Source of the DNA: Planctomycetota bacterium
GTDB lineage: Bacteria > Planctomycetota > UBA8108 > SXIK01
DNA length: 64,000 nt
Assembly (NCBI GenBank): GCA_965223845.1
Contig: CBDCXR010000004.1
Coordinates: forward strand, 2,336,001 to 2,400,000
Reading direction: 5' to 3'
Below, in pieces: positions 28,266 to 38,301 of the stretch. The position numbers and the translations under genes are program-made. Below the pieces are notes generated by a model, which was given only the letters and a program-made list of their open reading frames with translations, was not told where the DNA came from and ran no database searches. Position 1 is the first letter of the stretch. Each line of letters starts with the position of its first letter.

Positions 28266-31200
28266 ATGATGGTGCGTGGACGGTTTTCCTATCTCGTCGT
28301 GTTCGCGTCGTGTATCGCGTGGACGTCTCCGGCCCCAGCGGTCGTGATCTCGGAGATTCACTACCATCCTCCCGTCGGTGAGGAATCCCTCGAATTCGTC
28401 GAGGTGACGAACGAGTGGAACACTCCCATCGATCTCGGCGGCTACGCGTTCAATGACGGCATCCGCTTCGTGTTTCCGGACGGCACGATTCTCGAGAGCG
28501 GAGAGACGCTCGTGGTCGCAGCGGACGCCGACGCCATTCGCCGCCACTACGGCATCGAAAACGTCGTGGGCAACTTCGAGGGGCGCCTCGACGGCGGTGG
28601 TGAACGCATCACTCTCGTCAACTACGCCGCCGTCGAGGTGGATTCGGTCCGCTACGACGACGACGGCAAATGGCCCGTTGGAGCTGACGGCTCGGGGCAC
28701 AGCCTCGTCCTCCGACGCATCCGCTCGGATTCCTCCGAGCCGGAGAACTGGACGCAAAGTCCCGAGCTCGGCGGGAATCCCGGCCGACGCAACTTTCCCG
28801 AGGATCGACCGCCGGATTACGACGTGACCGTGTTCATCGACGTCGGCGAGGAATGGAAATACCGCGAAGGGCGCGAGGCGTTCTCGGATCCTCCGGAGGC
28901 GTGGACCACGCCCGAATTCGACGACGGGGCGTGGGAGAGCGGACCGTCCGGGTTCGGCTTCGGAGACGACGACGACAACACAGTGTTCGAAACAATGCGC
29001 GGCGAGTTCAGCTCGATCGCGATTCGAAAGCGCATCGAGCTCACCGAAGAGGAGGTGAATGCGCCCGGCGAGTTCCTCTTTTCGGTCCTCTACGACGATG
29101 GGTTCTGCGCGTTCGTGAATGGAGAGCAAGTCACCGGCGCGAATTGCCCCGAGGAGATCAAATGGGACTCCTCGGCCGACGGGTCTCACGAAGCGCGAGA
29201 AGCAGAGCTGTTTCCCATTCCCCGCGAAGCGCTCGTCGCGGGACTGAACACGATCGCGATCGTTGGATACAACCGCAGCATCGGCGGGAACGATTTCTCG
29301 CTCGCGCCGCAGTTCATTCACCGCGTGCTCGTTTCCGAGGATGCCCCCCCGCCGCTCGAGGGCGGGTTCAACGAGCTCTTCCGCGGCGACGACAACGAGG
29401 GCGGCTGGGTGGAGCTCTTCAACGGCGGAGACGAAGAGTACGATCTCGCCGGATTCCGCATCACGACCTCACCGGACCTCACCGGTGTCGTGCTCGGCGA
29501 CGACGCGCGGCTCTCGCCGGGCGAGTTCCTCGTCGTCGACGCCGAAGGGACCGAGCTCGATCTGAGCACCGAGATCGTTCAGTTCTTCCTCATCGCCGAG
29601 ACCGGCCACGTCGCTGCCGCAGCCGCGTTCGACGAGAGCCCTCCGGAAGCGGCCGGATTGGCGACGTATTCCGAAGCTCGCTATCCCGACGGCGGCCGGA
29701 TCGGATGGATCACCCCTTCGCCGACTCGCGGCGCCGCGAACGTCGTTCCGCGCGAAGAGCGCATCGTGATCAACGAGATCTTCTACCACCCACCGGAGGA
29801 CCGCGTCGGCGAGTTCATCGAGCTCTACAATATCTCAGACGAAGCGGTCGACCTCGGCGGCTTCCGCTTCACGCGCGGCATCGATCTCGAGTTTCCGCCG
29901 GGGACGTCGATCGGTCCCGGCGAGTACATCGTCGCCGCGGAGGACGCCCAAATCCTCGCCGATCATTACGACGTCCGTACGCCGTACGAGTACGAGGGGC
30001 GGCTCGCCGACCGCGGAGAGAACGTCCGTCTCGTCGACGCCCTCGGCAACCTCGTCGATGAAGTCCGCTATCACGACGGCGGTCGGTGGTCTCTCTGGGC
30101 GGACGGCCGTGGCTCGAGCCTCGAGCTCGCCGATCCGCGCAGCGACAACGACTTCGCCGGCGCATGGCGCGCGAGCGACGAGAGCGAAAAGGCGAGCTGG
30201 GAAGAGCTCTCCTACACGGTGGACGAATACGTTCCGGCGGGCGAATCGGAACTCCACATACTCCTCGTCGAACGCGGGATCTGTCACATCGACGACGTTT
30301 CGATCACGCGGGCCGAAGGCGGCGACAACGTCATTCGGAATCCCGGCTTCGAAGAGGACACGGCCGGTTGGCGCATCGAGGGGACTCACGTCGACAGCGT
30401 GCGCATAACGGAGGACCGCCACTCCGGTGAAGCAAGCCTCCGACTCGTCGCAACCGGGAAGGGTGACAGCACCTGCAATCGCATCGAGACCGACACATCG
30501 CCGCGACTCACGCGCGGTGCGTACGACGTCTCGCTGTGGGCTCGCTGGCAAGCGGGGAGCAGCCTCCTCGTTCTTCACGGCGAGTTCGCCCCGGGTCCGT
30601 GGTTCGGGACGCGCGACGTCAATATGTCGAACAACAGTCTCGGCGCGCGGCTCCGGCTGACCGTACCCCGAAATCTCGGGACTCCGGGAGCGGAGAATAC
30701 GGCGCGCCGAATCCTCCGCGAGACGACTGGCGACGACAACCTCGGACCGACGATCGACTCGGTCGTCCACTCACCGCCATCGCCGGCCGAGCTCGAACGG
30801 GTTCGAGTCACGGCGCGGATCGCGGATCCCGACGGGATCGCGATGGCGCGCGTCGTCTTTCGCCTCGACTCGAGCCAAGCGGAAGATCAGTTCGCGGAGC
30901 TCTTCGACGACGGTGAGCACGGAGACGGCGCACCGGGCGACGGACTCTACGCGGCCACGCTGCCCGGATTCGATACCCGCGCGCGCGTCGTCTTTGCGAT
31001 CGAAGCCGAAGACACTAAGGGCGCAGTCACCTCCTTTCCGGGCGAGTCGCCCTCGTGGTGCACCTTTCGCGTCGACGGCCGGCGACCGACGGCGCTTCAA
31101 ATCATTCAAAGCGCCGACAGCGTCCGGGAGCTCGCGCGCCGTCCACTCCATTCGAACGATCTCGTCGATGCGACCGTCGTCTTTGACGACAGCGAGGTCT

Positions 31201-32705
31201 ACTACAATGTCGGACTCCGCTACCGGGGAAGTCCCTGGGGACGGCCGCAGCGGGCGAGCTACCGCGTCCGCTTCGCAAAGGATCGCCCACTCGGTGAACG
31301 GAAGGGAGCGATCAACGTCTCGAACCGCGACACCAACGACGGCGTCGCGTACGGCCTCATCGGCCGCGCCGGCGTTCCCGGATCCCCCGCGCCCGTTCCC
31401 GACTACGATTACATGCCGACTTTCATCAACGGCGCTTCGTTCCAGGTTCCGGGCGTCTTCGATCCGGTCGACCGAGACTTCATCGAGAAGTGGTACGGCG
31501 GAGATGCAGCCGACGGTGCGGTTGTCCTCAAGGGAAACGGACGCCTCCGCTTCAGCGACGCCTGTCAGCGAACGGGCTGGGACGAAGCGACGCTGCTTCA
31601 CATGGATACGTCGTCCGAAAACTATCGATTCTATTGGTTCCATTCGGTCAACCAGACCGCCGACCAGTGGGAACCGTTCATGGAGCTCACGCGAGTCCTC
31701 GATTCGCGCGAGACTCCGGAGGAAGAATTCGAGGAGAAGGTGGGGACCGTGCTCGACACGGAGTCGTTCTTTCGCGTTCTCGGGTCGCGCATCCTGATGA
31801 ACGATGGCGACGCACTGTTCGTTGGAAACGGCCACAACGGCTACATGACTTGGAATCCCGTCACCGGTCTCTGGGGACACCTCGCCTTCGACATGGGGGG
31901 CGGACTCCGAAACGGCAACGTGTCGCTCCTCGGGGTCCGTGATCGATCGGTGCGGCGACTTCTCAACAACCCAAGGCAGCAGCGTCTCTACTACCGGGTG
32001 ATCGATGACATCGTGAGTCGCTACTGGTCCGCGAGTGCCGGTCCGTGGCTCACCGCTCTGCAAAGCTCTCCGGCGCGCCGCGGCACGACTCTGCTCGCCA
32101 TCGTGCGCCAGTCGTCCGACCGGGCGAAGGGTGCGCTCCGCCGCGTCGTCAACGTCGACTTCGAGATTCTCACCGGCGATGGCGAACCGATCGTGAGCGA
32201 GGAGCCGACCATCCTGCTCACCGGCCAGGCGTCGGTCCAGGTCACCACGTTCCTCGTCAGCCGAAACGATGGCGACCCCATCGAGTTCGATCCGACGTTT
32301 ACGACGCGCGGACGTCCGAACCGCTGGGAACACGAGTTCGCGCTGCCGGATCCCGCGAATCGATTCACGTTCATCGGACTCAGCGACTCCGGCGAGCTTC
32401 TCGCGTCGACGACCGTCGAGGTGAGCTCGATGGCGGCGCCGCAATTCGTCCGCGGCGATGTCGACGGAAACGGTTCGCTCAACGTGAGCGATCCGATTCG
32501 TACGCTCCTCCATCTCTTCGTCGGCCAGGAGATCGCCTGTCGGGACGCGGCCGACGTCGACGACGATGAGTCGCTCAATATCAGCGACGCAATCCTCCTT
32601 CTCGAGTACATCTTCCGGGACGGCACGCCACCGGCGCCGCCCTTCCCGGAGCTCGGCCCCGACTCGGAAGGAGAAGACGCGCTCGGCTGCTCGAGCGGGG
32701 TCTGA
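28266..32705 (+). CDS. Large secreted lamin-tail-domain / CotH-kinase-like protein with C-terminal dockerin-like module
   Basis: Signal peptide; about 3 LTD repeats (ISEIHYHP..EFVE, NEL...WVELFN, INEIFYHP..EFIELYN); jelly-roll and CBM4/9-like (NPGFE) domains; LFDDG.HGDG.PGDG.Y motif; CotH-like VGLRYRG; FVRGDVDGNG module. Confidence 0.88.
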   Translation: MMVRGRFSYLVVFASCIAWTSPAPAVVISEIHYHPPVGEESLEFVEVTNEWNTPIDLGGYAFNDGIRFVFPDGTILESGETLVVAADADAIRRHYGIENVVGNFEGRLDGGGERITLVNYAAVEVDSVRYDDDGKWPVGADGSGHSLVLRRIRSDSSEPENWTQSPELGGNPGRRNFPEDRPPDYDVTVFIDVGEEWKYREGREAFSDPPEAWTTPEFDDGAWESGPSGFGFGDDDDNTVFETMRGEFSSIAIRKRIELTEEEVNAPGEFLFSVLYDDGFCAFVNGEQVTGANCPEEIKWDSSADGSHEAREAELFPIPREALVAGLNTIAIVGYNRSIGGNDFSLAPQFIHRVLVSEDAPPPLEGGFNELFRGDDNEGGWVELFNGGDEEYDLAGFRITTSPDLTGVVLGDDARLSPGEFLVVDAEGTELDLSTEIVQFFLIAETGHVAAAAAFDESPPEAAGLATYSEARYPDGGRIGWITPSPTRGAANVVPREERIVINEIFYHPPEDRVGEFIELYNISDEAVDLGGFRFTRGIDLEFPPGTSIGPGEYIVAAEDAQILADHYDVRTPYEYEGRLADRGENVRLVDALGNLVDEVRYHDGGRWSLWADGRGSSLELADPRSDNDFAGAWRASDESEKASWEELSYTVDEYVPAGESELHILLVERGICHIDDVSITRAEGGDNVIRNPGFEEDTAGWRIEGTHVDSVRITEDRHSGEASLRLVATGKGDSTCNRIETDTSPRLTRGAYDVSLWARWQAGSSLLVLHGEFAPGPWFGTRDVNMSNNSLGARLRLTVPRNLGTPGAENTARRILRETTGDDNLGPTIDSVVHSPPSPAELERVRVTARIADPDGIAMARVVFRLDSSQAEDQFAELFDDGEHGDGAPGDGLYAATLPGFDTRARVVFAIEAEDTKGAVTSFPGESPSWCTFRVDGRRPTALQIIQSADSVRELARRPLHSNDLVDATVVFDDSEVYYNVGLRYRGSPWGRPQRASYRVRFAKDRPLGERKGAINVSNRDTNDGVAYGLIGRAGVPGSPAPVPDYDYMPTFINGASFQVPGVFDPVDRDFIEKWYGGDAADGAVVLKGNGRLRFSDACQRTGWDEATLLHMDTSSENYRFYWFHSVNQTADQWEPFMELTRVLDSRETPEEEFEEKVGTVLDTESFFRVLGSRILMNDGDALFVGNGHNGYMTWNPVTGLWGHLAFDMGGGLRNGNVSLLGVRDRSVRRLLNNPRQQRLYYRVIDDIVSRYWSASAGPWLTALQSSPARRGTTLLAIVRQSSDRAKGALRRVVNVDFEILTGDGEPIVSEEPTILLTGQASVQVTTFLVSRNDGDPIEFDPTFTTRGRPNRWEHEFALPDPANRFTFIGLSDSGELLASTTVEVSSMAAPQFVRGDVDGNGSLNVSDPIRTLLHLFVGQEIACRDAADVDDDESLNISDAILLLEYIFRDGTPPAPPFPELGPDSEGEDALGCSSGV

Positions 32706-32753
32706 GTTCGCGACTCGGCCCGAGAAACCGAATGGAGAGGGGAATCGCTCCGC

Positions 32754-33197
32754 TCACGCGCTCTGGTCGTCCGAGACGCTCGAGGCGCGCGAGCGGCGCG
32801 CTCGCGGCAACACGAACACCTCGCGGGCAAGCTCCGAGTCGAGCTCAGCGCGCGAGTAGTAGCCGCCACGCGTGAGCGCCGAGCTTTCGAGCAGCTCCGG
32901 GTGGAGAGCGGCGAACGTTCCCCAAGACTTGCTCGGATCCTTTCGCATGCCCTCGTGAATCAGGACGAGGTACGCCCACGTGATCGTCTCGTGGTAGAGG
33001 GCGGGCATTCCCTTCGACTCCGCGTAGCGCCGGAGCTTCCGCGGAAACTCGGCGAGGACATCCGCGAGCGGCGGCCGGCGAAGATAGAGATACGCGAGCC
33101 GGACGTGGTCTTCGTGGGAAAGACTCGGCAGGCTGCACGTCTCGAATCCTCGCACGAGCTCCTCGTCCGTACGCGCGCTCGACGAATGCGTCGTCAC
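32754..33197 (-). CDS. Conserved hypothetical protein
   Basis: Coding-like ORF with SHEDHVRLAYLYL, YHETITWAY and YYS..L.S..AR..FVLP motifs; GTGA overlap with the upstream gene. Confidence 0.75.
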   Translation of the reverse strand: MTTHSSSARTDEELVRGFETCSLPSLSHEDHVRLAYLYLRRPPLADVLAEFPRKLRRYAESKGMPALYHETITWAYLVLIHEGMRKDPSKSWGTFAALHPELLESSALTRGGYYSRAELDSELAREVFVLPRARRSRASSVSDDQSA

Positions 33198-33481
33198 GAC
33201 CCCTTCTCCGCGAGACGATGGCTGTCTGAGGCGTCGAGATCGAGTCGGTAGACGCGCTTCAGGTCCTCGATCACGCTCAGTGATTCTCTCCCGAACGGCC
33301 GCTTGCCCTCGAAGGCGTGCAGACAGATCCCCTCGAGCAAATCGCCGAGCGAGATGTCGTGGTACTCCGCGAGCGCTTTCAGCACTTTGACGAGGCGGCG
33401 CTCCATCCGTACGCCGGTCTGAACACGCTCGACCTCGTGGCGCTTCGAGCGCCGTTCGCGGTGTTGTCGTCGCGGTGACAT
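33194..33481 (-). CDS. Small hypothetical protein, probable ribbon-helix-helix DNA-binding protein
   Basis: RVQTGVRM (ribbon), ERRLVKVLKALAEYH (helix A), SLGDLLEGICLHAF (helix B). The start is placed by the leaderless promoter; 33490 is an alternative. Confidence 0.75.
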   Translation of the reverse strand: MSPRRQHRERRSKRHEVERVQTGVRMERRLVKVLKALAEYHDISLGDLLEGICLHAFEGKRPFGRESLSVIEDLKRVYRLDLDASDSHRLAEKGS

Positions 33482-33517
33482 AGTTACCATGGTACCAAGA
33501 TCACGGACTGATGTCCA
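33482..33517 (-). promoter_or_regulatory. sigma70 promoter for a leaderless transcript, overlapping palindromes
   Basis: TGGACA-17 nt-(TGg)TACCAT-7 nt-ATG(33481). Palindromes TACCATGGTA (33485-33494) and TGGTACCA (33490-33497). Confidence 0.65.
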
Positions 33518-33657
33518 GCCGCCGAGAGACCCTCCGGAGTTTCGCCCCGGCGGCGATGGGATGGACTCCTCCCATCCGAATCCGTACTCTTTCTCGGTCC
33601 CGCCCGAGAGGTCGGGGACAACGCCCAAACCGCGAGCGATGCGAGGAGCTGAGTTTC

Positions 33658-34488
33658 ATGCCACCGTCCCCTCCCCTCCGCGAGACGATCGAGCGCGCCG
33701 CCACGGCGATTCGGGCGCGCACGGACGCGCGTCCCCGCTACGGCATCACGCTCGGGACGGGTCTCGGCGGACTCGCCGGCGAGATCGACGTCGACGTCCG
33801 CATCCGCTACGAGGAGATCCCGGGATTTCCCGAGCCCCGCGTGGAGTCTCACGAGGGGACGCTGATCATCGGCCGTCTCGGCGGTCAGACCGTCGCCGCG
33901 CTCGAAGGTCGCTACCACTTCTACGAAGGGTATACCCTCGACGAGATGACGCTTCCCCTGAGAGTCCTCAAGGCACTCGGCGTCGAGATCGCGATCTTTT
34001 CGAACGCCGCGGGTGGACTGAACCCGCAGTTCGACCGCGGCGACATCATGATCATCGTCGATCACATCAACCTGATGGGCGTCAACCCCCTCATCGGCCC
34101 GAACGACGACTCGCTCGGCCCCCGTTTCCCCGACATGGCTCGACCCTACGACGAGGCCCTCTCGGCAAGACTCGAAGACATCGCGCGCGCTGAGCGAATC
34201 GCCGTCCGTCGCGGAATCTATGCGGCGATGACGGGCCCGTGCCTCGAAACTCGGGCCGAGTACCGGATGCTTCGCACCATCGGCGCCGACGCGATCGGCA
34301 TGTCGACCGTGCCCGAGGTGATCGTCGGCGTCCACGCGGGCTTGCGAAACGTCGGGATCTCGTGCATTACGGACCTCTGCCTTCCCGACGCGCTCGAGCC
34401 GGTCGTGATCGAAGACATCATCGCGGTCGCCAACGAGGCCGAACCGAAGATGACGAAACTGATCACGGAGCTGATCGGAGAGGACTAG
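33658..34488 (+). CDS. punA: Purine-nucleoside phosphorylase (trimeric PNP family)
   Basis: GITLGTGLGG, GRYHFYEG, NAAGGLN, DHINL, GPCLETRAE and GMSTVPE; GAGGAG SD before ATG 33658. Confidence 0.95.
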   Translation: MPPSPPLRETIERAATAIRARTDARPRYGITLGTGLGGLAGEIDVDVRIRYEEIPGFPEPRVESHEGTLIIGRLGGQTVAALEGRYHFYEGYTLDEMTLPLRVLKALGVEIAIFSNAAGGLNPQFDRGDIMIIVDHINLMGVNPLIGPNDDSLGPRFPDMARPYDEALSARLEDIARAERIAVRRGIYAAMTGPCLETRAEYRMLRTIGADAIGMSTVPEVIVGVHAGLRNVGISCITDLCLPDALEPVVIEDIIAVANEAEPKMTKLITELIGED

Positions 34489-34895
34489 GAGCCAATCCAA
34501 GAGACCGCACTCGGCCGCGAAGCGACCTCCCGGGTGCCTTCGCGGGCGCGAATCTTTGACGAAATCACAGAATCGCCCGCGATCGCTACGCCTCGCCGTC
34601 CGAGCGGCCTCGTTCTCGGCTTCGAACCGATTCTTCGCGCGAGCTCGTGGCCCAGGTGTTTCCGTCGGCACACGCGCAGTAGAATCTGGCGAAGGCGCCG
34701 GCCAGAGCGAGACTCCGGAGGCGAGGTCCCGAAGCGAGCGAGAACGGTTCTTCGGAACGTCTCGCCGCGCGGCGTCTATCCGGAACTAGCGGGTCCCGGC
34801 GGCGAGATACTCACCCGCGAATTCCCGAAATGCTCGACCCGGTTCGAGCCGACGAAAAGAAGGATCCACGAGTCACCCACAAGGAGCCCACTCTC

Positions 34896-35549
34896 ATGGG
34901 ACGAAATCTCGACGACTTGAAGACACAGCCGGCCCCCAACGACGATCTCCCCCGCTTCGACGACGAAGACGACGACTGCGAGAGCGGACGGGGCCTCGGC
35001 CGCGAATCGCGTGCGGAGTACGACCTCCTTCGGAACGAGCGGACGATCTTCGTCTCCGAGCCCGTCTCGCCGAAGCTCACCCAGCGCCTTACGACGCAGC
35101 TCCTCTGGCTCGACTCGCAGAGCGAAGACCCGATCAAGCTCTACATCAACACGCCGGGTGGATCCGCCGACGATGGCTTCGCGATTCACGACATGCTGAG
35201 CTACGTGAAAGCCCCGGTATACAACATCTGCTTCGGCCTCAACGCGAGCGCGGGAATCCTCATCCTCCTCGGCGTCCCGAAGGAACGCCGGCTCGCCCTG
35301 CCGAACGCTCGCCTCATGATGCACCAGCCGTCCGGCGGCGGCCGCGGTCAGGCATCTGACATCGAGATCACGGCCCAAGAGATTCTCAAGCTGCGCGAGC
35401 GCGCGAACGAGTTGATCGCCGCGGGGACCGGCAAGCCGGTCGAGACCGTCGCGTCGGTGACCGACCGCGACTACTGGCTCTCTGCGGAGGAAGCGCAAGA
35501 GTTCGGCCTCGTATCGCGCGTGATCACGTCGCTCCGCGACATCATGTAG
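34896..35549 (+). CDS. clpP: ATP-dependent Clp protease proteolytic subunit
   Basis: LYINTPGG; catalytic triad in GLNAS (Ser), MMHQP (His) and DRDYW (Asp); AAGGAG SD before ATG 34896. Confidence 0.95.
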   Translation: MGRNLDDLKTQPAPNDDLPRFDDEDDDCESGRGLGRESRAEYDLLRNERTIFVSEPVSPKLTQRLTTQLLWLDSQSEDPIKLYINTPGGSADDGFAIHDMLSYVKAPVYNICFGLNASAGILILLGVPKERRLALPNARLMMHQPSGGGRGQASDIEITAQEILKLRERANELIAAGTGKPVETVASVTDRDYWLSAEEAQEFGLVSRVITSLRDIM

Positions 35550-35592
35550 CCGCGCGGGCTCGCGAATCACCGAATCTCGAGAGAGGGGATCG

Positions 35593-36246
35593 ATGTCCGC
35601 GGAACCAGCGCCTGCGGCGCGTTCGTCGACGCGGCCGCGCCTAGGAGTCTTGTTTTCGGGCGGGGGGCGAACGCTCGAAAACCTCGCGCGGAGCTGCCGC
35701 GACGGGAGCCTCGCGGCGGACGTCGTCGTCGCGGTCTCTAGCCACCGCGGTGCCGGCGGAGTCGAGCGCGCCGCCGAGTACGGCATCCCGTGCGAGGTCG
35801 TCGACTATCGCGAGCACGCGAGCGACTTCGCCAGCCGAATCGAGAAGGTCATCCGTGAGCACTCGGTCGACCTTGTTCTCCTCGCCGGCTTCATCCGGCA
35901 TTTTCCGGTCGCTCCCGAACGCGCCGGACGGGTGCTCAACATCCATCCGTCGCTGCTCCCGAAGTTCGGCGGACGCGGCTACTACGGGGAGCGAGTTCAC
36001 GCGGCCGTTCTCGCCGCGGGCGAGACTGTCTCCGGTTGTACGGTCCACGTCGTGACCGACGAGTACGACCAAGGGCCGATCGTCGTCCAGCGCGTGGTCC
36101 CGGTAGAAGAAAGCGACACGCCCGCCAGCCTCGCCGAGCGAGTCTTTCGCGAGGAATGCATCGCCTACCCGGAAGCCGTTCGGCTCTTCGCGGCAGGGCG
36201 AGTCCGCATCGACGGCGGCTCGGCGGTGATTCTCCCCGCCGACTGA
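35593..36246 (+). CDS. purN: Phosphoribosylglycinamide formyltransferase
   Basis: SGGGRTL, LAGF, NIHPSLLPKFGG, SGCTVH and YDQGPI. Confidence 0.96.
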   Translation: MSAEPAPAARSSTRPRLGVLFSGGGRTLENLARSCRDGSLAADVVVAVSSHRGAGGVERAAEYGIPCEVVDYREHASDFASRIEKVIREHSVDLVLLAGFIRHFPVAPERAGRVLNIHPSLLPKFGGRGYYGERVHAAVLAAGETVSGCTVHVVTDEYDQGPIVVQRVVPVEESDTPASLAERVFREECIAYPEAVRLFAAGRVRIDGGSAVILPAD

Positions 36247-36295
36247 CCGTTTTCGGTGGACTCCTCGGCGGAACGCTCCGCTCGCGTTTGAGCGT

Positions 36296-36727
36296 TCAGC
36301 GAACCGGTGAGTATTCCGTCGGGACGAGAAACGTCGAGTCGATCTTCTTGACGAGCCGGCCGTTCGCGATCGACGCCCCGTACGCCGCTTTCCAGTCGGG
36401 ATCGTTCAGAAAGCCGTCCCAGGACTTCTTGCGCGCTTCGCGGCTCGGGTACGCGAGGATGTACACCAGCGTGTCCCGGTCGTCGGCGGGCGTCCAGTAC
36501 CCGACGAGCGTCATCCCGTGCTTCACGAAGAGTGCGTTCGTGTGCTCGCGGAAACGCCGATGGAGATCGTCGATCTTGCCTTCGTTCGTGTAGTAGGTCC
36601 GCATCTCGTAGACGCGAAATCCCGGTGGAAGCTCGGAGGGGCGCTTCTCCGCTTCCCCGTTTCCGAGGGCGAACGAGCTGACGGCAACGACAACGAGAAG
36701 GGTGGAAAGGAGCGCGGAGCGGAGCAT
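36296..36727 (-). CDS. Secreted NIPSNAP family protein
   Basis: Signal peptide; YEMRTY...HGMTLVGYW...LVYILAYPS...F..DPDW...PTEYSP. Confidence 0.9.
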   Translation of the reverse strand: MLRSALLSTLLVVVAVSSFALGNGEAEKRPSELPPGFRVYEMRTYYTNEGKIDDLHRRFREHTNALFVKHGMTLVGYWTPADDRDTLVYILAYPSREARKKSWDGFLNDPDWKAAYGASIANGRLVKKIDSTFLVPTEYSPVR

Positions 36728-36873
36728 GGGATTCCTCGTCTGCGAGTCGAGTGCGGGACGATCGATGGCGGTCAAGAACGCGCCCGATGAGACTCGCAAC
36801 CCGTAGGCGGGTCAAGCGCGCGGGATCGCGTCCTCGCGCGGCCGAGACGACGGAAGCGGCGATTTCTGCCGCG

Positions 36874-38301
36874 TCAGTTCCCGACTCCGCTCGCGGCTTC
36901 GTCCCCGCGGTACTGCTGCCACCACTCGCGCCACTTCGTGGCGTTCGCCCCGCAGTCGACGCCCGTCGCCTGCGCGAGGAGGCGTCCGGCGATGCCGAGG
37001 CGCGTCGGGTCGAGGTCATCGAGGTTTTCGATGAGCGTCTCGACGAGCCGGCCGTTGTAGACCGCGTCCTCCTCTCCCGCCCAGACCGCCAACTGACCGC
37101 CGACGAAGAAGGCCTCCGCTTTGCCGAAGAGAAGGGCCGCGGTCATCTTCTCGAGCGGACGATCGCTGAGCGAGATCTGACCGGGCGGGACGACCCAGAA
37201 CTCAAGCGCCGGGAGGCTGAGGGTCAGGTTCGCGTTGGGATCGTTCCCCGTCCAGCGCGTCGGCCGGAACCGACCCGCCACCACGATTCGTGCGACCGCC
37301 CCGACGAGCGGTAGATCCTCTTCGAGCTCGAAATCGACCTCGTGCGTCCAAGAGGTTCCGGGATCGAGCACGATCTGCTTTTCGCGCGCGTCGACCTCGA
37401 CGCGGAGACGGCGCTTCACCGTCGATCGATCGCCGCTCGCGAGGACGCGCGTCACCTCGACTTCGGCGTAGCCGAGAACGCCCTGCTCGAGGTGTACGTA
37501 CGCGCGCTGATTCATGTGGTTGCGCAGGCGAAACGTCAAATCGGGGATGCTGCCGAGATCGAAGACCGCGCCCGAAACCTCGAACGACGGCTCGAGCAGC
37601 TCGCGCGCCGCGAGGCGATCGCGACAACGCCGCCGCAGGCGGCGGATCTCCCAGGCGTGCGGGTGGTTCGGATCGAGCGTGAGGAGAGCCTCCGCGATAT
37701 CCTGCGCCTCACGGAGACGCCCGCTTTGCGCGAGGCGCTCGGCCTCTTCGCGCTTCGCGGCGAGAAAGAGCGCGACGGCCCCATCGATGCGGCCGGTGAC
37801 GCCGGCACCGCCGTCGACCGTCGCGATGATGCTCTCGACGCGAGCGGTTCGCGTCTGAGCGCTCCGCAACCAGTAGCGAAGCTGCGGCAAAACCGCCGGG
37901 CCGAGGAGGTGAAGCTTGCTCGCGCCGCGATTCTGATCGCGGGGGTTCGACGACAAGACGAGACGAATGGCCTGCATGACCTCCGGCGTCGGCCGGCGGA
38001 GGGCGTCAGTCGGCGGATCTGGCACGTTTTCGCTTGCGAGGTTTGGCGAATTCGCCCCCTCCGCCTCCGCGCCCGAACTCGCGGTCCCTGCGGAGCTGCC
38101 GGTCTCTCGAGCGGCGGCAGTGCCTCGGGGAGATTCGGCCGAGACCGAGCCGGGCTCCGGCGTCGACGAATCACCATCGACGGGCGCGGGACTCTCCGTC
38201 TCTGCGCCCTTGATCTCCCCTCCGGGCGACTCGACCTCTTGTCCTCGGACGGGATTCAAGAGAAAGAGCGAGAACGAGAGGATAGCGACGATCCGGTTCA
38301 T
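36874..38301 (-). CDS. Secreted hypothetical protein (HEAT/TPR-like helices and an Ig-like domain)
   Basis: Signal peptide MNRIVAILSFSLFLL; acidic linker; TPR-like LLTLDPNHPHA; C-terminal L..ATG..CG....WREWW motif. Confidence 0.7.
   Translation of the reverse strand: MNRIVAILSFSLFLLNPVRGQEVESPGGEIKGAETESPAPVDGDSSTPEPGSVSAESPRGTAAARETGSSAGTASSGAEAEGANSPNLASENVPDPPTDALRRPTPEVMQAIRLVLSSNPRDQNRGASKLHLLGPAVLPQLRYWLRSAQTRTARVESIIATVDGGAGVTGRIDGAVALFLAAKREEAERLAQSGRLREAQDIAEALLTLDPNHPHAWEIRRLRRRCRDRLAARELLEPSFEVSGAVFDLGSIPDLTFRLRNHMNQRAYVHLEQGVLGYAEVEVTRVLASGDRSTVKRRLRVEVDAREKQIVLDPGTSWTHEVDFELEEDLPLVGAVARIVVAGRFRPTRWTGNDPNANLTLSLPALEFWVVPPGQISLSDRPLEKMTAALLFGKAEAFFVGGQLAVWAGEEDAVYNGRLVETLIENLDDLDPTRLGIAGRLLAQATGVDCGANATKWREWWQQYRGDEAASGVGN

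Noticed and set aside
34540-34582. TTTGA-cgaaa-TCACA inside a 9-bp inverted repeat, as a CRP/FNR site
   Set aside because: The half-site spacing is 5 rather than 6, and no matching -10 lies at a proper distance. It is too weak to call.
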